A stretch of DNA of 64,000 nt from the NCBI GenBank assembly GCA_048128005.1, contig JBEUKZ010000010.1, positions 186,001 through 250,000 on the forward strand, written 5' to 3'. A program made the position numbers and the translations under genes. This stretch comes from Veleropilina oligotropha. Its lineage: Eukaryota. Positions 55,019 to 64,000 of this stretch are shown here, piece after piece; position 1 is the first letter of the stretch, and every line of letters begins with the position of its first letter. A model generated the notes under the pieces. The model saw nothing but the letters and a program-made list of their open reading frames with translations, searched no databases and was not told the DNA's origin.

Positions 55019-58000
55019 TAAACACCTCACAAAAAGAAAGTTCCCTCAATAATGTATCATAATTTCTAAATTAACAATTTCCTCATAATGACACCTAGCA
55101 TTGAAGCTACCTATGGTAGTTGGGTTAATGTAGTATGAAGAATGGGGTCATTCATGATTTAATGGCTGACTGACCACGAATTGAATGAAAATTATCCAAT
55201 TTTAAAATTCACACCGACTTCATTTGATTGCGATAACAACAAACAATGTTCAGTAATGTGTGTCCACCACGCTTTTCAATCACATCCAGGAATCGTCTCC
55301 TCGTCTCGTGGTATTGATGAGTCTGTTCACCCACTGCTGAGGAATGGCCATCCATTCCTCATACAAAAATTGTGCCAAGTCAGTCAGAGTGCTGTCTCCA
55401 TTGATTCGAGCATACTCGGGGCACTTCAGCTTGTCCACAGATGCTCAATGGGGTTAAGATCTGGCGAGTTTGCAGGCCACACCATTCTCACAATTCCCTC
55501 ACCAGCCAATGATACATTGACCTGTCTTCCTCTGTGTGAGCGGGCATTATCGTCCATGGGGATGAATCCATCACCAATGGCAGCAGCAAGTGGTGTAACT
55601 TGTGAACGCAGAATTTCAGCAACATATCGGTTAGCATTCAAATTACCGATGGTCTGGATAAGCGAACTAATGCCACCCCACACCATAACACTCCCACCTC
55701 CAAAGGCTGTTACAGGCTGCACACAGCAGTCTGCTTGCTATTCATTCCTACAGCGCCAGACACGTTTCCTGACGAAGACACGCACTCATTTCATCTGTGA
55801 CCAAAACGTTCATCCACTAGTCCATCATGATATCTTTAGATATCTTTAGCAAATATTTTAGCGAAGTATCAGAAAAGTTATGTCTTCCACCAAAAAGTTA
55901 CAATCCAGAAAAACTCAATGAACAACTGAGAGTGAAAACTGCAGATATACCACAACTCACATTTAGAAATGTATCCGAGCTGGAAGTGTATGAAACATTA
56001 GTATCCTTAAACGTAAAAAAGTCTTCAGGAAATGATTGTATTGGCCCAAAGCTATTGAAATTATGTGCCCCAGTTATTGCAAAATCTGTCACTCATATTA
56101 TTAACCTGAGTATTCAGACTAATGAATACCCGGATCTCTTTAAATGTGCCAAAGTAACCCCCATCTATAAAAATGGATCCAGATATGACCCTGCTAACTA
56201 TAGACCAATATCCGTCCTACCAACACTTTCCAAATTATTCGAAAAACATGTTGCTAACATTGTATACCAATACTTAGATAAAAATAACCTTTTACATAAC
56301 GAACAATCAGGATTTAGAAAGTCACATTCATGTCAAACAGCCCTCACCAAATTAACTGACACCTGGTTAAAAGAAATGGATCAAGGAAATCTAACTGGTG
56401 TGGTTTATCTCGATTTTAGAAAAGCTTTCGATTTAGTTGACCATAATATTCTATTCACAAAATTGAAATGCTATAAATTTGATGAAAATTCCATAAGCTG
56501 GTTGAAATCTTATCTCAGTGGCAGAACTCAATATGTTTGTTTAGGAAATACAATTTCTGTTCCATCAGTCGTCAAAGCAGGAGTGCCGCAGGGTTCTGTT
56601 TTAGGTCCCCTATTATTTCTTATTTTCATAAATGATCTTCCACTTAATGCAGAAAACTCTCATATCGATTTATTTGCAGATGACAGTACCCTTCATTCTT
56701 CAGGCCCATCACTAATTAACATCCAATCCACATTAAACAAAGACCTAAAGAATATTGAGCAATGGTGTAATACAAATAACATGCTTTTAAATGAGAACAA
56801 AACGAAAAGTATGCTCATAACCACGCAGCAGAAATTAATTCATATGAAAGACAAAAACTTAAACTTGTGTATTAATAACACAGGTATCGAAGATGTCACA
56901 AGTCATAAACTCCTAGGAGTCCATGTCGACCGATTTCTCCAATGGAATGTTCAGGTTAACAACATTTGCAAAATTTTAACATCTAAAATATCACTTTTGT
57001 CCAGAATTAAGAAATACCTTCCCCACAAGATAAGAATTCTTTACTATAATGCTTACATTCAACCAGTAATGGACTATTGTGTAACAATATGGGGAAATTG
57101 TTCAAAACAAGATATTGACAGGCTTCTTAAGGTACAAAAAAGAGCAGCACGCATCCTCTTGGATAAACCCTATGATGAGCCTTCCAAACCCTTGTTTAAA
57201 CTACTTCATTGGCACAATATTGAAAAGCGTATTGCATATCATAAAGCAGTTCTAGTATATAAATGAATAAATAGGATTGCCCCACCTTATCTTCAGAACA
57301 TGTTCACTAAAATTACATCTGAATATGCATTGCGTTCAATTGAAAATGGAAATGTCTGCCTACCACTTTGTACAAAACAGCTTTTTCAGAAAAGTTTTCA
57401 GTTCTCAGGTGCTACTATATGGAATATCTTACCTACTAGCATTAAATCTGCATCTAGTCTTTCAATTTTCAAAAGCAAGTGCTTTGACTTCATGTTGCTA
57501 GATGACTGATATATAAACAAAGTTATGTAACATAACTCTGTCATCCCCCTTTTGGCTGTTCAGTATATATACATGTATATACATATTGATTGCACCTTGT
57601 CATGGTTTCTTGTCGTGTTACTTACTGTATTGGTGCAACATTGTTAAATACTTAAATTGTGGTAGAGTAGATTAGACTATTGTGTAGAGTTAAGTCATTA
57701 TTGTCTATATATTTATACATGTTTCATATGCTGTTTTGATTTTTATGTATGTATACATATATATTTAGTTTAGAGAAGGCCACAAGGGAGAATAGTTCCA
57801 GGACTAATTGTACTACCTTCAGAAAATAAAGAATTATTATTATTATTATTAATGAATTCTTGCCATTGCAAACGGGCTTCTCTGTGCCGTATCAGCAGTA
57901 TTGCCCTTGTCACCAGACGTCGAGCATGGAGCCCAGCACTGTGCAAACGATTACCGATAGTATGTACACGAACACGCTGATGATTAGGTGGTCGAAGGTC

Positions 58001-58551
58001 AGTTCGGATTTCTAATGCTGAAAATGAACAGTTTAACACCAATTGTGCAGTGTTACCTGTCAATGTTCTTCGTCTTAATGTTCGATTCATGATGTCGATC
58101 CTCTGCAGCAGTTGGCACTTTGGGTCGTCCACTACGAGGTTTATCCTTCACCAGACCAGTCTCCAGGAACTTTTGTCGCAGTTTCCTGATGGCATTTGGG
58201 CTAACAGCCATCCTTCGGGCTACCTGTTAGCAGGGGTCACAGCCGGTAAAACCCAATAGCTATGGCTCTGTTTTTGTCAGATAATCTGGACATGATTTGA
58301 AGTGGCCTACACAATTATGCTTGATGTGGCTGGTCACACAAACATCACATGTGAATTTTAAAATTGGGTAATTTTGATTCAATTCGTGGTCAGTCAGTCA
58401 GCCATGAAATCATGGATGACGCCATTCTTCATACAACATAAACCTAAATACCATAGGTATCTTCAATGCTGGGTGTGATTATGAGGAAATTGTTAATTTA
58501 GAAATTATGATGAATTATTTAGGGGGGAACTTTCTTTTTGTGAGGTGTTTA
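55019..58551 (-). mobile_element. Tc1/mariner transposon remnant with ~190-bp TIRs, split by a LINE
   Basis: TAAACACCTCACAAAAAGAAAGTTCCC at both ends; FGGGSVMVWGGIS, MDDNARSH, WPANSPDLNPIEHLW; N-terminal pieces at 57855-58300. Confidence 0.9.
55831..57851 (+). mobile_element. L2/Crack-type LINE, 5' truncated (RT domain; premature stop at 57264-57266)
   Basis: NYRPISVLP, QSGFR, DFRKAFD, GVPQGSVLGP, FADD; AATAAA plus (ATT)n tail; ATGA duplicated at 55827-55830 and 57852-57855. Confidence 0.9.
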
Positions 58552-58799
58552 ATACGATCATTCCCAATAGACACTTTCATGTAAATACAGGAACGAGTTA
58601 CAGTAGTAGTATGACCATTCCAAGTAGACGCGAGCTTTACTATCTTGAACACAGACACTAGTACAACCATTCCCACTAGATGCAGGCTACACTTTCACGA
58701 AAATGTAGGAACTAGTATGACAGTAGATGCCAGCACGTAATGCGTCACTTTCAGTTGCGTGACAGATTTTTCACTGGTATTGAAATGGTTCACTTCTAT

Positions 58800-59002
58800 A
58801 ATATCTCATGTTATTTTGTATCTCATCACGTTTCTGTTATTTTACTTCTCATCGTGTTTCTGTTATTCTGCTTCTGATAACGTTTATGTTCTTTTGTGGC
58901 TCATCACATGTCTGATATTTTGCGTCTGATCACAATTTTGTTATTTTGCGTTTGATGATGTTTCTGTTATTTTGAGTGTGATCACGTTTCTGTTACGTTT
59001 GC
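58800..59002. repeat. Degenerate ~26-bp minisatellite (ATCACGTTTCTGTTATTTTG core) just before the last RPL9 exon
   Basis: About 7-8 imperfect units by eye. Confidence 0.7.
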
Positions 59003-59015
59003 GCCTCTCTTTCAG

Positions 59016-59131
59016 CTGCTCTCATTCAGCAATCTACCAGCGTCAAAGACAAGGATATCAGGAAGTTCCTGGATGGCATTTACGTGTCTGAGAAAACAAC
59101 CATCACCCCAGTCGGTGTAGATGGCAAGTGA
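59016..59131 (+). CDS. RPL9: RPL9 last coding exon (joined CDS 582 nt, 193 aa)
   Basis: tttc[28 protein letters not shown]...-TGA; exon phases sum correctly. Confidence 0.96.
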
Positions 59132-59150
59132 ATATTTATGTACATAAGAA

Positions 59151-59156
59151 AATAAA
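59151..59156 (+). terminator. RPL9 polyadenylation signal AATAAA
   Basis: 20 nt after the stop codon, followed by a GT-rich tract. Confidence 0.75.
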
Positions 59157-59964
59157 GTCACCACGGAATGAGGATCAGTCGTGTGTCTGTGTTGTTTTCT
59201 ATTATCCATAAGCACACCGCTTTCACAGGCAGGGAGCCCTGAGGTACTTGGTTGTTATGCTGGACTATTAATCCAGAGACCAGAGTTCGATCTCTGGTGT
59301 TCCAGAACTTTTCCTGTATAGCTTGTCTCAATTGCACACATGATCATTTCATATTTCAAAGTTCATTAACCTGATACAGACTGCAAACATTATGGCATGG
59401 TTGTTTAACCCTTTGAGCACTCACAGCCACGATCATTGCTTTGGCATACAGTGTGCAGCTCCGCAAACGTGGCGTCACTGACCTGTCCCTAGACATACGG
59501 CGAAGCCTACTTAATTGATACCACATCTTGTATAATGTAACATATTACGTTAAACATTTACCTGGGCGCTCAAACTTTTATAAACTACTGACGAAGTAAA
59601 CCTGCTGACTTGAGTGGTTGTTGTATTAGAGCTTGATTAAAACCCAACTTGTCCATGTTTAACTTGCACATATGTCTCTGACATTGTTTGGGTTGCCACA
59701 GAGGCCGAATGTCATTCCAAATTCACTGATCACACTGTTTAAGCAACAGTGTGTTTAAGTCCTCGGATTGAATATATTGCAGATCATATCACAGTCCCAG
59801 TGGTTCATGAACTATCCAGTTCTCCCTGGTTATTCCACCTGTGATAATATGAACATGTCGTAGTATTACTAAAGGGTGGTAAATCTGGATATTAGGCATC
59901 GATTCGGTCTTATTGTTTAACCGTTATATTTTTAAATGCTTGGTAAATGTCATTGTGGCTGTAA

Positions 59965-60262
59965 TTATTGTATTTCGGGGATAGTATGGTTTAGTCATCG
60001 TTCCGCCGCCGCAGAGATTTCTTGTGTGCGCTCTACAGTGAAAGGTTCTAATCCGATTTGATTCAAATTTGGTATGCACCTCAGTTATAATGAGGACACG
60101 CCACCTAACGATTTTTGTCGTTTATGGTTACAAGATGGTCGCCATGGCAGCCATTTTGTTTGGAGAAATTTCTTGTGTGCGCTCTATAGTGAAAAGTTAT
60201 TATTCGATTTGATTCATATTTGGTATGCGCGTTCGTTATGATGAGTACATGCAGCCTAAAGT
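59965..60262 (+). mobile_element. HINE-like element with ~151-bp core repeats, interrupted by DIRS copy D
   Basis: (CCG)n stretch, then TTTCTTGTGTGCGCTCTAYAGTGAAA...TTTGGTATGC repeated at about 60018 and 60169. Confidence 0.6.
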
Positions 60263-61198
60263 ATGTAGTTACAAACTTACTTACGTCCTTACACTTGCCA
60301 TAATAGTCATATTATCGCCAACCGGAAACAGTGAATAATGTCACATTTATGCACTTATTTAAGTCAAAACACTACGATTACCTCCCCTGCTCCCCCTCTC
60401 TAAGTTCCCCCGGCGAGATCTCGCCAAGTCTCGCGAGATATCCGAGCTCGAGATCACAAGACCTCAATTCAAAGTTTTCCGCCATTACGGAAGAACGTGT
60501 TTTGTTTTGCTCCGCAAATTGTCCGAAATATAATCTAATAAGACATAACTCTATAAAAACAAAGTTATAAGCACTGGAATATACCTGGAGTGATATACAT
60601 CAGTGAATTAAGGAAGATTGATACTTGAAAACTAACTTCGAAGAAAGTTGGAGTTTGGGTGAAACCGACATCGCCGCCGTTGCCGAGAAAAGCAAGCGCC
60701 GCTCAGAGGGGAAGTTTCGTGTGTAGAAGAAATTTCTGGTCGGTATATTTATCTGATATTGTTTGAGACTGCAAACAGGTAACTCATTATATTGGTTAAT
60801 TCCTTAACGACGCTTATTGCTGGTAATTTTGTATAAATATTTAGCGTCGTTAAAAGGCAGGATTGTTTAGATATCAACTATTAGTTATTCTGATATCCTG
60901 CCGTTACTGGGATAATACGCCACTGTACTAACTTAAAAACATCCACGAGGTTTTCAGGTGTTTTCTTGGGCGGTTTTTTCTAAGAAAGAACCCCCGTTGG
61001 TTAGTCTATAAATTACCGGGTTTTATAATACCCGGCCTCGGTGTTCCCAGTTCGGGGTTATTTTGCGGTATATCGTCTGATCTTTGATCTTCAGATTAGG
61101 GCAATCTAAAGTGTTGTAGTAGTAAAAGTCACAACTACCAAACATATACCTTTTTATCTACCCCGTCCACCCACTACCACCCTCCCGTGTATTCAGCT

Positions 61199-63446
61199 AT
61201 GGTCCGGTGCAGCAACTCCGGGTGTAACCAGAAGATTCACGGATTTGATAGGCACACGGAATGCAGTGTTCACCGTAATTGTAGTAAAAAGTACCAATGT
61301 GAACTGTGCCTAATTTTAACAGAGAGGCAGTGGGCGTTAGTCTATCCACCGGTGAAGCCGACCAGGGCGGCTGCCACGGTGGGTCCTCCCCCGGAGAAGG
61401 GACATGAAGAGATGGGTAAGTTAAGGGATAACGTTTCTTCTTTGTCTGCTTCAGGGACGCTGGACGACAGTCGACCTAAGGTACCGTCTGTCGCCGGATC
61501 TACCGGCGAAACCTCCGCGACTCATGGGGGAGTCGCCGAGACCTTGCCGGGACCCCAGATTCAGGTAGGAGCCCGAGCGCTGTCCGATCCTCCTCAAACG
61601 GGCCTAGTAGCTGCAGCCAACCATACCTTGCCGGCTAGCAAGGTATATCTGGCAGCGCAGCGAACCGCTGAACAGGGCAGACGTTCCCCATCCTATTCTT
61701 CGGCCTCGAAGAATACGGGGAACGTTAGTCCTTCTGCGGGAAACTCTCCGTTTAACGACGGAGAGCAACCCAATGAGAAAACCAATATAGAGGCCGGACA
61801 CCATTACGATGGTCTAAGATCCGGACAATTGGCGACACCTGAACACTCGTCCGAGACCGACACGACTAACCCTTGGGTTTTTCCGCTCAACCTCGGAGCT
61901 CACGAGTCTTTCAGAGGGCCCGTTCTCTCCCGTGCACCCCCCGTGGTCACGCTAGATAACGTGGACAGACCGGCTGCGTTCGGGCAGAGGTTCTACGGTG
62001 ATCCGACCGTGCCTCGCTCGAACCGAGTGGTAGACCAGTACGGACTGTGGCCGCAGTCCTACAGGTCGCCCGGCCCACTGAATGCGCCTTCGGGCCATTC
62101 TTTCGGGTACGACCGCTCGACGGGTGACCCGAGACCCTGGTTCTCGGCTCCACCTGTCCGTGCAGCCCGTCTACCTTGCGCCACCGTGACCTCGACAGAA
62201 CTACCGGCTGTTAGTTCAACGCCCGTCATGCCTCCGGGTCTCTCGTACGAGAGCTTCCAGGCTATGTTCGCGGCGGAGTTCGAGTCTCGATGTAAGGCCT
62301 GGCAACCGGCTCCTGAGCCGACCCAGTTCCCTACACCTCTGCCCGTGGCGCAGAGCACGGCTCCTGCCTCCGTGATGGAGATCGACCCTCTTTCCGACGA
62401 GGACCTCGACTCTATTCACTCCGACCTCCCTCAATCGGTCGGGCCCGAAGACGGTAGTCTTTCAGGCACGCAGGAGCCGACCTCCACCACCCGCCGAAGG
62501 CTCGACGCCGTTGCGTCACTTCGCGGGGTGCTTGGCTTGCCGGAACCGACTCGGTCGGACGTAGGCTCGGTCAAGCACAGGACGGCGGCACATCGGTTTG
62601 TTGCGAAGGAAGCCCCCTTGCTTCCTTCCTTACCTCAGTCTGGGCTTGTTGATCTGGTGGTAGACTCGACAACGAAGCTCATTCAGGGGCGCAATCCGGT
62701 GGAGTCCTCCCCGCTGAACGAGTTCCCTTCGGGGTTCCGTAGTGGGAGGTACCTCCGGGCCAGTTCGCGTTCGATCCCGTTCGCTTGTACTGGTCCGTGC
62801 CTGGCGACTGAGCCAGCTCGTGTAGACGCAGCGATGCGTCGACTGACCGCCAGTCACACTCCCTCCGTAGCGAAAGTTCCTTGGTCCGCCTTGGAATCTT
62901 TCGAGAGCTCCGCCCGACGGGCTCTGCGGCTGTCGTCCATTCAGGATTTTTTCCTAGACGGGGCGATAGCCGTATTACAGGAGGAAGGACCCGGCGCCTG
63001 TGAGGCAGCCCTGTCCTTCCTCCAGGAGGTTGCTGCCGTGATGGAGACCAGCGCGTTGGAGACGGGACGTGTCCTGGGCAATGCACTCCTACTTCGTAGG
63101 GACGCTTGCCTGGAAGGCACCTCGCTAGATGAGGCCACCCGGCGCTCATTGCGATGCGTGCCTTGCTCGGCCACCACTCTTTTTGGCGACAATTTTTCGG
63201 AATTCGTCGACAAGAGAGCGGCGGACCTGAAGGACCGTGCCATCGAGAAGGCGGTGATGCACCCCCCCCCGGGGTCCACCCGCCGACTCGAGGAAGCGCT
63301 CAGGGCCCACCCGGACCCCGAAGCCTTCTAAGCGTGCAAAGCCCTCTTCTGGTGGTAGGCCCCCGGCCAATAAACCCACTCAGAGGAGGCAAGCACCTCC
63401 AATGAAATCCCGTCAGCAGAGCGGGCGAGGGAAGCCTCGGCCCTAG
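61199..63446 (+). pseudogene. DIRS copy D ORF1 gag-like, with a +1 frameshift in a poly-C run (63262-63270)
   Basis: Aligns with copy A ORF1; one extra C diverts the frame to a stop at 63331; could be a homopolymer sequencing error. Confidence 0.8.
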
Positions 63447-64000
63447 GGCTGCCGGCACACACGACGGTCCCAGCTGCCCGCTTCCGCCGGTGGGAGCGTG
63501 TCTGTTAGCGTACAGCCAGCCGTGGCTAGACCTAACAGACAGCAGCTGGGTCCACTCAGTCGTGAGTGCCGGATACAAGTTGGCATTCAACCGGCATCCG
63601 AGCCTAACCGAGGCACCACCACCAAGCCGCGCTCGCCCTCTGCAAGGCGAGAAACAAGCGGTCTTAGACCAGGCAGTGCGGGACTTACTCCTCAATGGAG
63701 CGATATATCCCGCGCCGCCCAGCACACCAGGATTTTACAGCCATTTCTTCCTGGTCCCGAAACCCGATGGCCGCTGGCGACCGATCCTCGATCTCTCGTA
63801 TCTCAACCGATATCTTCGCACCGAGAAATTCCAGCAAGAAACCCTCTCGAAGATACGAGCGGCCATCCGTCCGGGAGACTGGGCAGCGTCTATCGATCTG
63901 ACCGACGCATATCTGCATGTCCCGATGCATATCACGGCTCATCAGTACCTTCGGTTTATACACGGGGAGACGATCTACCAGTTCAGGTGCCTACCGTTCG
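63442..64000 (+). CDS. DIRS copy D RT ORF, 5' part (overlapping ORF3 frame also open)
   Basis: PVGACLL...FLVPKPDGRWRPILDL...IDLTDAYLHVP...FRCLPF up to the window end. Confidence 0.88.

Larger units (their letters stand above)
60263..64000 (+). mobile_element. DIRS copy D, divergent subfamily, runs off the window
   Basis: Left ITR ATGTAGTTACAAAC...CAATTCAAAGTT (60263-60475), homologous leader, ORF1 and start of RT/ORF3. Confidence 0.95.

Noticed and set aside
55827..55830. ATG start of the 479-aa RT ORF
   Set aside because: The ATG belongs to the duplicated Tc1 target site; the LINE is 5' truncated.
58800..59002. CRISPR-like array
   Set aside because: Degenerate tandem units without unique spacers, in an animal intron; no cas genes.

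Overview
Animal (probably marine invertebrate, lophotrochozoan-like) genomic DNA, not prokaryotic; no CRISPR, rRNA or true tRNA genes were seen. About 26 kb of the 64 kb is one family of DIRS1-type tyrosine-recombinase retrotransposons. Copy A (1640-16549) carries a second full-length copy B (6977-14429) nested in its recombinase gene, copy C (24557-32032) is inverted, and copy D (60263 to the window end) is more divergent. Host genes found by reading the sequence: a single-coding-exon Kekkon-like LRR-Ig transmembrane gene (+, 21355-23241); three coding exons of YIPF5 (-, 37009-38927), whose next intron appears to contain the LRR-Ig gene and three DIRS copies; and a complete four-exon RPL9 CDS (+, 51237-59131). 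Also present: an internally deleted Gypsy-like LTR element with a 240-bp hairpin and a nested CR1 LINE, a Tc1 remnant split by an L2/Crack LINE, a Penelope GIY-YIG remnant, two tRNA-derived SINE families, Helentron-associated (HINE-like) elements and several MITEs. Top candidate for new biology: the DIRS gag ORF ends in a conserved CCC-UAG-G followed by stem-loops. The recombinase ORF continues in frame 0 and the AUG-less RT ORF in frame +1, so one stop codon may act as a three-way recoding switch. The DIRS leader also looks like a spliceable intron containing a covarying RNA structure. The CR1 ORF1/ORF2 junction has an in-frame U_UUA_AAC -1 slippery site. All family assignments are from motif recognition only; no database searches were run.
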